Shown one piece after another: positions 51,125-60,519 of a stretch of DNA of 64,000 nt. Position 1 is the stretch's first letter. Each line of letters starts with the position of its first letter. A program made the translations under genes and the position numbers. Under the pieces are notes generated by a model that was given only the letters and a program-made list of their open reading frames with translations, ran no database searches and had not been told where the DNA came from. The DNA is from a virus. The stretch covers positions 64,001-128,000 of IMG/VR virus record IMGVR_UViG_3300044630_006441; one strand, 5' to 3'.

Positions 51125-51911
51125 CACATCTTGTCATAACTGCCGATTCGCCATCAAGGATGAAAGTGGCAACCAGACCGACTGTCGCACCAAGATGCTC
51201 GATCAATTCAAGGCGGACGGAAAAGTCGAACAGCATGTGGTGGACGGTGCAGAAGCCTACAAGACAGTCGACCGTTTCTGTCCGCTTTACCGGCCCGCAG
51301 ACTGGATGAAAGAGTTGAGCGACGAAGAGGCGATTGCCGAGGCCCGCAAGGAAAGGACTCTTTCCGTCGCCGCCATTGTCTCCTGCGAACATGGCGAGTT
51401 GTCCGATGTCGCCGTGACCGCCGAATTGCTGGCCCACCAGACGCTGCCAGTCAACGAGGTGGTGTTCACCATCACCCCCAGGTCCAAGGTGAAGCCCAAG
51501 GATGTGCTCTCGACCATCCGCGATCTTGACCCGCCCTACGAGTATTCCCTCCGCTATGTGATGGACAAGGAGTACACGGAGACAGACGCCCTGCACGAGG
51601 CCACCGGCAACAACATCAAGTCTGTGTTCATCGTGTTTCTGGAAGCTGGCAAGGAACTCCCCAACACCTACCTGGCTGATCTTGACTACACGGTCAATGA
51701 CCTCGGCCAGAGGATTGTGTTGGTGGATCATGGCAAGCTGCATGGGCTGATCGTCCAGACCAATGCCTACAGAATGGTGGGCGGTTTCGCCGAGGTCGTG
51801 TGGGAAGGCACTGAGGACAACGTCTCTTCCGTCGCCGAAAAGATCAAGCGCATCGCCAAGGATCAGAATTCCCAGCACCTCATCCTCAGCGAGCTGCCCC
51901 ATGTCTCTTGA
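51117..51911 (+). CDS. hypothetical protein with N-terminal Cys motif and GT-A-like remnant
   Basis: TSC..C.FA......Q..C; coupled GTG start. Confidence 0.65.
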   Translation: MISTSCHNCRFAIKDESGNQTDCRTKMLDQFKADGKVEQHVVDGAEAYKTVDRFCPLYRPADWMKELSDEEAIAEARKERTLSVAAIVSCEHGELSDVAVTAELLAHQTLPVNEVVFTITPRSKVKPKDVLSTIRDLDPPYEYSLRYVMDKEYTETDALHEATGNNIKSVFIVFLEAGKELPNTYLADLDYTVNDLGQRIVLVDHGKLHGLIVQTNAYRMVGGFAEVVWEGTEDNVSSVAEKIKRIAKDQNSQHLILSELPHVS

Positions 51912-52650
51912 AGGGGTTTCAGTCGTTATCGCCAACCATAATTACGGCCATTTTTTGGCGGGCGCTCTGGACTCCGCAACAGCAGAGAAGCCGGGACGAG
52001 TCATTGTGGTTGACGATGGCTCGACTGATGACTCCATCAGGATTGTCGCCAACAAGATGGAAGGGGGCGCCCAGCAGGAATACTGTGGTGTCCCCTCCTT
52101 TGTCGGCACGATCAACGGCGTGGAGGTCCGTTTGTTCTCAGCAGACGAGTCTCGTGGTCCGGCAGCGGCCAGGAACTGGGCCATGCAGGTCGCCTGGGAC
52201 GAGACGGATTACTTCGCCATTCTCGATGCCGACGACCGCTTTCTGGCCGGTAGGATCAAGGCTTGCGTCGATCTTTTGGAGAAATACGGGGAGGTTGCTG
52301 GTGCGGTTTATACGGACTATCACCATGTGCGCAATGGTGTGCATTTTCGTCACTGCAAAAAATCTTTCGTAAAGCGCGAACTGGTTTTTGACAACATGGT
52401 TCACTCGGCTTGCGTTATCCGCAAGTCCGTGCTGACTGAGGTTGGCCTCTACGACGAGTCCATGCCTCCGGCAGAAGACTACGAACTGTGGATGCGTATC
52501 GCCAAAGAACACATCATCCTGCATCTTCCTGAAGTCATGATGGATGTCAACGAAGGTGCGCACCAACTGTCGCGTCGCACATCCTCTGACTTTTACGCCA
52601 AACAACTTCAAACTCTCAGGGGGCGACATTGTCAGAGCTTGCTGTCGTAA
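51901..52650 (+). CDS. glycosyltransferase family 2
   Basis: SVVIANHNYG.FL, VVDDGSTD, GPAAARN, LDADD, EDYELW.R. Confidence 0.92.
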   Translation: MSLEGVSVVIANHNYGHFLAGALDSATAEKPGRVIVVDDGSTDDSIRIVANKMEGGAQQEYCGVPSFVGTINGVEVRLFSADESRGPAAARNWAMQVAWDETDYFAILDADDRFLAGRIKACVDLLEKYGEVAGAVYTDYHHVRNGVHFRHCKKSFVKRELVFDNMVHSACVIRKSVLTEVGLYDESMPPAEDYELWMRIAKEHIILHLPEVMMDVNEGAHQLSRRTSSDFYAKQLQTLRGRHCQSLLS

Positions 52651-53333
52651 TATCGGCTGCTGGCGCTGGACGCCGCATGAAAGCCCGCGGGCCGAAAGCC
52701 CTCATTGACATTGGTGGGGGCGAGACTGTCCTCAGTCGGCAATTGCACATGGCCAAGAAGGCCCTGCCGAACGCCGAAGTGGTGGTGGTAGTCGGCTACC
52801 AAAAAGATCGCGTCATCAAAACCCTGCCGAAAGATGTGCGGTGGGTCGAAAACCCAGCCCATGAAGAAACCAATGTAGCCCGGTCCCTGCTGATTGGCGT
52901 CTCTGGCCACCCGGCACGCAGGGCGGTTCTGATGTGCGGCGATCTCGTCTTTGGTCCGGACTTCTTGTCCAGCCTGCCAACCGCCGGTTCCGCTGCCGTC
53001 ATTGATGAAAACCATAATCATCGCTCTTCTGAAGTAGGCTGCAATATTGACCGGGAGAGGGTCTGTCATTTCAGTTACGGGGTTTGGCCGAAGTGGGGTC
53101 AGGCTGTCGTCTTGGCAGACAAGGAGCTTGACCTCTACAGACGCATAGCCTCCCGCGACCAATGCGCCCGCTGGTTTGCCTATGAGGTCTTGAATGAAAT
53201 CATCGATGCTGGTGGTGTGATCGCCCCAGCTTATCCAGAGAAATCATATCTGGTCGAGATCGACAGCACGCAGGATATCGACAGGGCCAAGAGCATGGTT
53301 AATAAATTGCGTCGGAAGGGAGTTGTCGCATGA
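52629..53333 (+). CDS. nucleotidyltransferase (LicC/sugar-phosphate NTase-like)
   Basis: AAGAGRRM....PKAL, VVGY, N....TN...SL, GDL.F, EID...D. Confidence 0.85.
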   Translation: MSELAVVISAAGAGRRMKARGPKALIDIGGGETVLSRQLHMAKKALPNAEVVVVVGYQKDRVIKTLPKDVRWVENPAHEETNVARSLLIGVSGHPARRAVLMCGDLVFGPDFLSSLPTAGSAAVIDENHNHRSSEVGCNIDRERVCHFSYGVWPKWGQAVVLADKELDLYRRIASRDQCARWFAYEVLNEIIDAGGVIAPAYPEKSYLVEIDSTQDIDRAKSMVNKLRRKGVVA

Positions 53334-54127
53334 ATATCTTGATTGTCAACGATGACAACGGGGTTGGTAGCGGCGCTCTCGCCAACGGCTTTGCCACGCT
53401 CAAACATGATGTGGCCCTGTGGACACCGGGAAAAATGCCAGTCTACCAGGCTTTCGGTAGACAAAAGCCGGATCTGTTCATTGGACCAACCTCTTCTGTC
53501 ACGCCTGCTCTACTGCGCAACCAGGGCAAGTGTCGCCTGGCCCTCTGGCAGGACGACGCCACCACCATCGAAATATCGCCTCCTGGTACATTTATTTTTG
53601 CGACTGACGACAACGACAAGAATCTACCTGTCATCCGCTGGCCCTTCTTGCTCATGGACGGAAAATCTTTCTACAACAACGACCTGGCTACCGATGTCGT
53701 GTTTCTAGACGACTATCGCTCCGGCTACGATTCTTTCTTCATACCACTTTTTGAGAATGTCGAGTTTGTCTCCAGGGTTTACTGTGACAACCCATGGCCA
53801 ATCCCTTACTATGCCGGTTCTTTGACAGCACAGGAACGGACACAAGCCATCGCTTCTTCCCTAGTCAGAGCCATGACAAGCGATGATGCGCGTGATGTGC
53901 GAGCGATCTACGAAACGATCAGGGTGGGTTCTGTCCCGGTCGTGGCCGGAGACGAAAATCTCTTGTCTTACGGCGGCACTCCGGAAGGCTACCTGTCCAT
54001 GGTCAAGAATCTCGTGTGCGACAAAGATATGCGCAAAGAGGTTCTCGACAATCTGACCGATATGTTCTCGCAGTATGCACCAGTTGATACAGCCCAGTCC
54101 CTACTGAAAGCGATGCTGACATGTTGA
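53330..54127 (+). CDS. GT-B-like protein, divergent
   Basis: MNILIV start, F....PDLFI, DVVF; within the glycan cluster. Confidence 0.55.
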   Translation: MNILIVNDDNGVGSGALANGFATLKHDVALWTPGKMPVYQAFGRQKPDLFIGPTSSVTPALLRNQGKCRLALWQDDATTIEISPPGTFIFATDDNDKNLPVIRWPFLLMDGKSFYNNDLATDVVFLDDYRSGYDSFFIPLFENVEFVSRVYCDNPWPIPYYAGSLTAQERTQAIASSLVRAMTSDDARDVRAIYETIRVGSVPVVAGDENLLSYGGTPEGYLSMVKNLVCDKDMRKEVLDNLTDMFSQYAPVDTAQSLLKAMLTC

Positions 54128-54747
54128 GCCTTGTTCTGGACAAGCCACACAATCTCGATGTGCTTTGTCGATGCCTGTCCATGATTGCCGCATACCGTCC
54201 GTCCTCCGAGACGGAAGTGATCGTGCCGTGGGACGGGAAGCCCAGGGAAATCCTGCCGATCCTGAAAGCATTCAGCTCGCGGTTCTACTGGAAGATCGGG
54301 TTGTGTCCCGAAGGCACGGCTGGATATCTGGCTGTTGCCCACCTCGCCAAGGCTGAGCAACCCGTCTTCTTGAGTCATCGCCTGCTGATGACCGGAGAGA
54401 CGCTGGCAAAACTGGAGAGCACGACACCCGGGCGGGCATCCGTCTACAAGACAGACGGGATGCTGATGGAATACGACCCGTACAGCTACTGGTTCCCGGA
54501 TGGCTACCGCCAAAACTGCCTGAAGATGCCACATCAGGTCAAGGAGGTACAGGTCGACAACCTGCCCTACTGCGTGGCTGGAACCAAGGATCTGCTGGAC
54601 AAGGTGGCTGACCTTCCTTTTGTCGACGCCCAGGTCTTTCTGATGGACGGCCCACCTGTCTCGCTCGGCAAGTTTTCCGGCGAAGAGATCCCCTGCCTTT
54701 CCAGCACCGACACCCCGTGTTTCCCACCCGATGAAGATCGAGTTTGA
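54121..54747 (+). CDS. hypothetical protein (possible degenerate GT-A)
   Basis: Coupled ORF; ETEVIV segment. Confidence 0.55.
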   Translation: MLSLVLDKPHNLDVLCRCLSMIAAYRPSSETEVIVPWDGKPREILPILKAFSSRFYWKIGLCPEGTAGYLAVAHLAKAEQPVFLSHRLLMTGETLAKLESTTPGRASVYKTDGMLMEYDPYSYWFPDGYRQNCLKMPHQVKEVQVDNLPYCVAGTKDLLDKVADLPFVDAQVFLMDGPPVSLGKFSGEEIPCLSSTDTPCFPPDEDRV

Positions 54748-55438
54748 CCACATCGAGGGCTGGGGCAAGATCACCCAGCACGACTTGATTCACGCCCCCT
54801 GTTGGGTCACCAGAGAGGAAGAGTCTCCGGATCAGATGCTGGAGATGGGTTTTCTGCCTTGGAATAACAAGTGGTTTCCTGCTCGTTCCGTGCGCTACGA
54901 TCTGGAACGCATGACCTTCGGGCGCACAGTGATGAAAAGCTTTCGCAGGGCGTGCGATTGTGCCAGCTGGCATCACGGCAAACCTAATTTGAATGCTTAC
55001 CAGAAAGTCGTGGATGGGTATCTGGCCCGCCATCAGTTCGCCAGCGGACATGTATTCTCTGAGTTAAGGACCAATCGGGAATTTTCCTGGTTGAACTATC
55101 GAGCAGACGAGCGAATCGTGGCCTTTCTGGCCTACTTGATCTATCCGCAGTCTTTCGTTGGCGTTCAGTTTGCCTGGGATTATGCCGACCCCAAGCTCTC
55201 CCTTGGGTCGGTTAGTACATATGTCGAGGCCATGCTGGCCCGGTCAAACGGTTGCCGCTGGTATTACGTCATGGGAGGTTACGAGAATGCCAGCGCCTAC
55301 AAGGCAAACCATGAAGGCTTCCAGTTCTGGACGGGCAAAGAGTGGTCGGAAGATCGCGAACTCTACGCTCAGCTCTGCGCCCGGGACTCAAAAATCGAGT
55401 ACTCCGATGATCATTCACGAATGCCGCCAACCAGTTGA
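54731..55438 (+). CDS. ATE1/Bpt-like aminoacyl-tRNA-protein transferase (GNAT-like)
   Basis: L..GF.P....W...RS.R.DL; WDY.DP.LSLG.......A...G...YY...GY.....YK. Confidence 0.65.
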   Translation: MKIEFDHIEGWGKITQHDLIHAPCWVTREEESPDQMLEMGFLPWNNKWFPARSVRYDLERMTFGRTVMKSFRRACDCASWHHGKPNLNAYQKVVDGYLARHQFASGHVFSELRTNREFSWLNYRADERIVAFLAYLIYPQSFVGVQFAWDYADPKLSLGSVSTYVEAMLARSNGCRWYYVMGGYENASAYKANHEGFQFWTGKEWSEDRELYAQLCARDSKIEYSDDHSRMPPTS

Positions 55439-55613
55439 GGTGGACACACCCCGTGGCAGGGGCAGAGTCTGGCTGGTAACCGATTACGGCACAGAGATCG
55501 AGAAGGTCTTCACTGTTGTCTTGGCTGAGTCCGGAGAAATTTGGGAGTTCAGCAACAAGGACATCAAGGCCACCAAGAATTTCACCATGGGGCGGGGGAC
55601 CTGGCCTAAATGA
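55407..55613 (+). CDS. conserved small phage protein
   Basis: P.EV.TP.G.G......DYG.E....F.V....GE.W...N.DI....N.T.GR. Confidence 0.75.
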   Translation: MIIHECRQPVEVDTPRGRGRVWLVTDYGTEIEKVFTVVLAESGEIWEFSNKDIKATKNFTMGRGTWPK

Positions 55614-56344
55614 GGATCGCATTCGCACCCTACAACTTCACCTTGGTCGGCACCGATCAAGCCGGTGTCGTCAACGGAGAAATCCATAGTATCCGAGTCT
55701 CGCTGCGGGCAGGTGTTTGGGCCGTGCGCCACAAGGAGCGCGTGGAGTGCTTTCAGGATTTCCCCGATGCCAATCTCGGCCAGGAATTTTCGTGCAAGCT
55801 GGCCACGAAGATACTGCAAGACGATGGCTGGTATCCCGGCAAGATTGACCAGTCTGAAACCCTTGACGAAGTCTCCTCCCGCGCTGGCGGTCTGGTCTCC
55901 ATCGCCAAAGACAGCATCGGCTTGAACGGGCCGTTTGTGCTGCCTTTCGGAGAGGGGCTGGAGAAGAATGGCATCCTGCTCCGGGTCGATGGCAATTCCA
56001 CGGAATGGAAAAGGCCCCAATACCCACAGCACGCCACCAGTCTGACCATCATGGCCGGAATGCTTGTGAAAAACATGGCGGCTGGAGATTGGGAAAAAGC
56101 GGGCGAGGTGCTTGAGCAAGCTTGGCGACTGATTCGTGAGGAAGCCCCACCCGAGATTATCCGGGTGTACGCCGACGCAAGAATGCACGGGGCGTCTGGC
56201 TGTGTGTGGTGTGGCGACAATACCCTGTTCTGCATGGCCCCCTCCGAATGGCACGGCGCGATCTCCAGCATTGTCGGCGTGGAAAAGCTGCCGTTTCAAA
56301 TCAGCTACCAGGGGGCTGGCCTGCGGGCGGCTTTGAAGCCATGA
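55610..56344 (+). CDS. GHMP sugar-kinase-like protein (HddA-like), degenerate
   Basis: C-terminal GDW...GE.L..AW.L...A...GA.G...G...F..P...PF.....G; ATP-binding PxGxGLGSS loop not present. Confidence 0.55.
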   Translation: MRIAFAPYNFTLVGTDQAGVVNGEIHSIRVSLRAGVWAVRHKERVECFQDFPDANLGQEFSCKLATKILQDDGWYPGKIDQSETLDEVSSRAGGLVSIAKDSIGLNGPFVLPFGEGLEKNGILLRVDGNSTEWKRPQYPQHATSLTIMAGMLVKNMAAGDWEKAGEVLEQAWRLIREEAPPEIIRVYADARMHGASGCVWCGDNTLFCMAPSEWHGAISSIVGVEKLPFQISYQGAGLRAALKP

Positions 56345-56793
56345 AAATTCAGTTTCTTGTGCAGACGCTCGCCCCCTCCCATCAGTCGCTGGCCCTTGTC
56401 CATTGCTGCAACGAACTTGTGTCGAAGGGTCACGAGGTTCAGGTTTTTGTTGAAGACAAGGGTTCCCCACCCGCCAAGCCGAATTTCCCGATCTTTGATG
56501 CTGCCTACGCCTACAGTCAGAACAACCCGCTGATTGTCACATCCCTTTCCAGCCTGGCCGTGGCGGTCAACTCCCCCGCTGGCAGAAAGATCTGGTTCTA
56601 CGCTTGGGATATGGAATGGCTAAACGGCGAACCTTTTGCGTGGAACAATCTGCAACCGATGTACACGGCTGTTCCGCTGTTGGCGAGATCGGAACATCAC
56701 AGTCGCGTTTTACGAAATACCTGGGGGAAAGACCCAGAGGCGATCATCAACGACTTCAGCGCAGAACAGATCGAGAGGCTTCTATGCTCATGA
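56341..56793 (+). CDS. single-domain GT-B-like protein
   Basis: MKI.F.V..L...N.L...GHEV.VF; FY.WD.EW. Confidence 0.6.
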   Translation: MKIQFLVQTLAPSHQSLALVHCCNELVSKGHEVQVFVEDKGSPPAKPNFPIFDAAYAYSQNNPLIVTSLSSLAVAVNSPAGRKIWFYAWDMEWLNGEPFAWNNLQPMYTAVPLLARSEHHSRVLRNTWGKDPEAIINDFSAEQIERLLCS

Positions 56794-57566
56794 CTTATGA
56801 CTATCTGGTCGAAGAATACGTCAACAAGCAAAGGTCCACTCACGAGATCGCCGAGGAGTTGGGCACCTACCCCAACCGCGTCCGCAGGGCATTGAACAAA
56901 TTTGGCATCCCCGTCCGCAGTCGTTCCGAAGCTCAGTTGGTCGCTCTAGAGCAAGGGCGTCAGGAACACCCCACCAAGGGCAAGCAGCTTTCCCCCGAGA
57001 GGCGGGCGCAGATCGGGGAGCGGATGGCCGAGCAATGGGGCACCATGTCTGACGAGGAGCGCAAGCGCCGCAGCGAGATTTCCCGAAGGCAATGGGAAAC
57101 GATGGGCGAGGAGAAGCGCGAGTCCTTGCAGAAAAAGGCCCTGGACGCTGTGCGTGTCGCCGCCGATACGGGCAGCAGGCTGGAGAAATATCTGATCCGT
57201 GGGCTGACCCAGGCTAAGTATCCGGTGGATTTTCATGTGCAACTTGAACGCCAGCACATCGACATGGTTGTTAGCCGTAAGGTCGGGCCATTTAAGGGGA
57301 TAGCGATCGAGGTCAACGGCCCCTCCCACTACAAACCGATCTGGGGCGACGAATATTATGAAAAAAGGGCAGCCTCTGACGCGAAGAAGGTTGGGATGCT
57401 CGTCGGAAGTAACTTCCTTGTGATCATCATCAAAGACATGAAAGGAAGTCCTTCCGAAATTCGTATGAAAAACACTTTACAAAAGCTGTTGAGCATCATA
57501 GAATTGGCTAAGACCGACCCCGGGGTGGGGTCATATCATGAAATTGAGGTGGCGGTCGATGGCTAA
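56784..57566 (+). CDS. HTH plus NUMOD3-like plus DUF559-like endonuclease
   Basis: EY....RS..EIAEELGTYPN.VRR.L...GIP.RS.SEA; HPTKGK.LS.E; AIEVNGPSHY.PIWG. Confidence 0.75.
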   Translation: MLMTYDYLVEEYVNKQRSTHEIAEELGTYPNRVRRALNKFGIPVRSRSEAQLVALEQGRQEHPTKGKQLSPERRAQIGERMAEQWGTMSDEERKRRSEISRRQWETMGEEKRESLQKKALDAVRVAADTGSRLEKYLIRGLTQAKYPVDFHVQLERQHIDMVVSRKVGPFKGIAIEVNGPSHYKPIWGDEYYEKRAASDAKKVGMLVGSNFLVIIIKDMKGSPSEIRMKNTLQKLLSIIELAKTDPGVGSYHEIEVAVDG

Positions 57567-58410
57567 GAAGAAGACTGTTTCTGTTTCCGATTTGGACGGC
57601 GAAAGCGTTCTGGACACTGTTTCTCTGGACACCCCCGTGGTGGTCGAGGACGGCATCCAGTTCAACTCCGATGTCTTGGTGACTCAGGTCGGGGCTTCTG
57701 AGCCGCCTGAGATGCCGGAATTCAACGCCGACAACTACAAGGAACATTGTCCGACTGATCCGGACTGGACCGAGTATGTTCTGTCCAAGCTGTCTCCGGA
57801 CGAGCTGTCCCCGGAAGGGCGACCGACTTGCGATGGTCTCCGACGAGTGGCCGAGCTGGTGCTGGGGCCGACTGTCAATTCCAGCGTCCGCATTATCCAA
57901 GCCCCCGGCCCTGAAAACGCCATGACTGCGGTGGCCGAGTTCAGCTACACCTACGAGTCGATCCACACCAACCGTGAGGTGACTTTTACGGCGGCTGCGG
58001 ATTGCAACTCCGGCAATACTGATGGCATGTTCTCCAAGTTCGCTACCGCCATGGCAGAGACCAGGGCTGAGGGGCGGGCTTTGAGGAAAGCTTTGCGCTT
58101 GCGCAGGATCATCACGGCTGAGGAGCCGTCTGCCCTGTTCCACGATGTCGATCTTTCCAATGGTGGTAAGTCGACCGAGATGCAGCACAGCTTCATTCAG
58201 ACTCTGTGCAGTCGCAACGACATCAATATCGACGCCTATCTTGGCTCGTCGAAATCTTTCAAGTGGGACGGCAAACTGGAGAACATCCCGCACAAGTCGG
58301 CTGTTCTCATCATCGCGCATCTGAATGAGTTGCAGAGGGATCGCAGCAAGATCGACCCCAAGTACAAGGGTTATGATCCTGACTGGAAGAAGAATTCAAA
58401 CCAGGAGTAA
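57559..58410 (+). CDS. putative single-strand annealing protein (Rad52/Sak-like fold)
   Basis: P..DGLRRVA; F...AD; A.AETRA.GRALR.AL. Confidence 0.55.
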   Translation: MAKKKTVSVSDLDGESVLDTVSLDTPVVVEDGIQFNSDVLVTQVGASEPPEMPEFNADNYKEHCPTDPDWTEYVLSKLSPDELSPEGRPTCDGLRRVAELVLGPTVNSSVRIIQAPGPENAMTAVAEFSYTYESIHTNREVTFTAAADCNSGNTDGMFSKFATAMAETRAEGRALRKALRLRRIITAEEPSALFHDVDLSNGGKSTEMQHSFIQTLCSRNDINIDAYLGSSKSFKWDGKLENIPHKSAVLIIAHLNELQRDRSKIDPKYKGYDPDWKKNSNQE

Positions 58411-58412
58411 GC

Positions 58413-58778
58413 ATGAAAGCACACATTCCAACCGCCCACGGCACCATTGAAATTGATGCCACGGATGTCAAAGAGTTGTTCCGGCAGATTGCCGCCACCC
58501 AGGAAGTCTTTGGTGACCATCGCTGCGGAGCCTGCGGTGAAGACCGCATCGCACCCCGCGTGCGTCGCGTGACCAAGGGCAAGGTGGAATACGAGTACTT
58601 CGAGATCTGCTGCAACAACCCGAAGTGTCGGGCCAAGCTGGCTTTCGGTCAGTATCAGGACGGATCAGGTTTGTTCCCGGTTCGCAAGCTGGACAAAGAT
58701 GGCCAGCCCGATCGCGAAAACGGCAGCTACGGCCCGCACAATGGCTGGAGCCGGTACCGGGGCGAACATAAGGACTAA
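58413..58778 (+). CDS. zinc-binding hypothetical protein
   Basis: CGACG...YFE..C....CRAKL.FGQ......LFP. Confidence 0.75.
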   Translation: MKAHIPTAHGTIEIDATDVKELFRQIAATQEVFGDHRCGACGEDRIAPRVRRVTKGKVEYEYFEICCNNPKCRAKLAFGQYQDGSGLFPVRKLDKDGQPDRENGSYGPHNGWSRYRGEHKD

Positions 58779-58802
58779 GGGGCCTTGGCGGGACCCTTTT
58801 GA

Positions 58803-58838
58803 AGAGGGCGGGGGACTCGTCGTCCCCCGCTCTTTTTT
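58803..58838 (+). terminator. Rho-independent terminator ending the + strand block
   Basis: GCGGGGGAC-TCGTC-GTCCCCCGC followed by TCTTTTTT. Confidence 0.85.
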
Positions 58839-58858
58839 ACGCACACAGGATCAAAGAA

Positions 58859-58960
58859 ATGAAAAAGCTGGTGCTGGAATTGGTGCTGCTGGTAGTGTTC
58901 GGCTTGATCTGCATGGCCTGGGTGGCCGTGGCCTACTACATCATGACCCTGGTTCTGTGA
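58859..58960 (+). CDS. 33-aa single-TM peptide
   Basis: AGGA RBS; MKKLVLELVLLVVFGLICMAWVAVAYYIMTLVL*. Confidence 0.4.
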   Translation: MKKLVLELVLLVVFGLICMAWVAVAYYIMTLVL

Positions 58961-59126
58961 TCTCAGGAAGTGCGGTCTCGACCACGACCAGGTCGATTGG
59001 ATGGGCGACGACCTGGAACGGCAAAAAGACCCGGGGGTCGATCAGCACGCTCTGGTCTGCTGTGGCCGTATACTCCGGGGTCGGAGATTCGAGGGCCGGA
59101 GTAATATCGATTTCTTCTGGGGTCAT
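58941..59126 (-). CDS. hypothetical protein
   Basis: ATGA coupling and GAGG RBS on the - strand. Confidence 0.5.
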   Translation of the reverse strand: MTPEEIDITPALESPTPEYTATADQSVLIDPRVFLPFQVVAHPIDLVVVETALPEITEPGS

Positions 59127-59362
59127 GATTGAATCCTCGTTCGTTCATCATCGTCCGTTTCACCTTTGATCGCCCCACCGGTCAGGGCACTACGCACATT
59201 ACGCAGGATGCCTGCAACCAGAGGGCCAATCTCAGGTTGATACCCGCCCCATTCACACAGGGGCAGTCTTTGTTCGAGCGTCGACAGGAAAGCGTCTGCT
59301 GCTGTCCAGCCAGCCATTTCCACGGCGTCTCGAAGGTCCTTGGGGAAGTCTTCCAGCCTCAT
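59123..59362 (-). CDS. hypothetical protein
   Basis: TGATG coupling; GAGGAGG RBS; MRLEDFPKDL... Confidence 0.6.
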   Translation of the reverse strand: MRLEDFPKDLRDAVEMAGWTAADAFLSTLEQRLPLCEWGGYQPEIGPLVAGILRNVRSALTGGAIKGETDDDERTRIQS

Positions 59363-60399
59363 CAGACCTCCTCGTAGTCGCTGCAATTCTGGCAAGAGCG
59401 AATGCCATCGCCATAGTCCCTGAAGGGACGGCATTTTTCGTGAAGCTCACAGCTATAAACAAATTTGAGTGGGCAGTTGCAATTCCCGGTGTCGATCGGG
59501 GTCGCGCTTCTGTGAAAGCACGGCAAGCTTCGTCGAACTGCTTGGACTGTACGAAAGCGTTCAGGGAAAACACCTTGGCTGGGATCAAGAGCTTCCGCTT
59601 CAGCAACGACGGCTTGCAGATTGGCCTCTGCAACTTTGGGAGTGAAGTGTTCAATGACATCCTGGTAGGGCAAGCCAAGCTCACGACGGCCAAGAATATA
59701 ATTGAAAATTCGGTCTTCCAAGAACAAGCGATATGGCACGCCTTTGGGTCGACCGAACCGGTGTAGCCAAGTCATCCAAGGGACACACATCGCCTGTCCG
59801 CCGAACAAGCGGACCTTGGAATGTATATACCCCTCTTCACCACCAAAGCCCCTGAACAGGGTGTTGAAGCCTGGCCATTCGTTCCTGTTCATCATGAACT
59901 GACCCAGGCCCTGCATGGGGATGGGGAACGGCTTTCCTTCTTTCACGCGTTCGTCGGTCGCCCAGGTTCCGTACATGCTGTCACGCCACACGGGTTCAAA
60001 GTGTGTGGCTAGATTGATGTGGTCATCGTACAAAAGCGGGCCTTGGTAGAGATTCTTGGGATTGGCTTCTCCCGACCGAATGAATTCTTTGGTCTTGGCC
60101 ACCACATCCTTCGTCAACAACACATGGCTGTCGAGGCACATGACCCACTCGCCCTGCGCTTCTTCAAAAACAAGCTGTCTGGGCAGGGAGGTGCCATTTG
60201 CATGACCTCGGTGGAGATAGCGAGCCTTTGCCCATTCCGCCGCGCTCTTGGTGTGCGGGCAACCGTTGGGCAGGTTGTCCACCACAACGATTTCAACATC
60301 GGTCAGATCGTGATAGGCACGCAACGCTTGGATGGTGAAATAGACCCCGTCGTAATCGTCGTAGGTCGCCATTCCGATAGTGAGAAGTGGTCCAGCCAT
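59362..60399 (-). CDS. glycosyltransferase family 2 with Cys-rich C-terminal module
   Basis: LTIGMATYDD, EIVVVDN, MCLDSH, F.GFGGEEGY; tail C...CNC...C..H.KC...C..C..Y. Confidence 0.88.
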   Translation of the reverse strand: MAGPLLTIGMATYDDYDGVYFTIQALRAYHDLTDVEIVVVDNLPNGCPHTKSAAEWAKARYLHRGHANGTSLPRQLVFEEAQGEWVMCLDSHVLLTKDVVAKTKEFIRSGEANPKNLYQGPLLYDDHINLATHFEPVWRDSMYGTWATDERVKEGKPFPIPMQGLGQFMMNRNEWPGFNTLFRGFGGEEGYIHSKVRLFGGQAMCVPWMTWLHRFGRPKGVPYRLFLEDRIFNYILGRRELGLPYQDVIEHFTPKVAEANLQAVVAEAEALDPSQGVFPERFRTVQAVRRSLPCFHRSATPIDTGNCNCPLKFVYSCELHEKCRPFRDYGDGIRSCQNCSDYEEV

Positions 60400-60463
60400 G
60401 ATTCCTCCTGCGTCATATGGTTTTATGCGCGCTGAGAGGGTGGCGGGCTTACTCCAGAAACGA

Positions 60464-60494
60464 CAAGACCCGCCCCTTGCAACGGGCGGGCCTC
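60464..60494 (-). terminator. probable terminator (- strand)
   Basis: On - strand: GAGGCCCGCCCG-TTGCAA-GGGGCGGGTCTT then GTCGTTT. Confidence 0.5.
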
Positions 60495-60519
60495 ATCGCT
60501 GCTTACTGGACGGGTTCTC

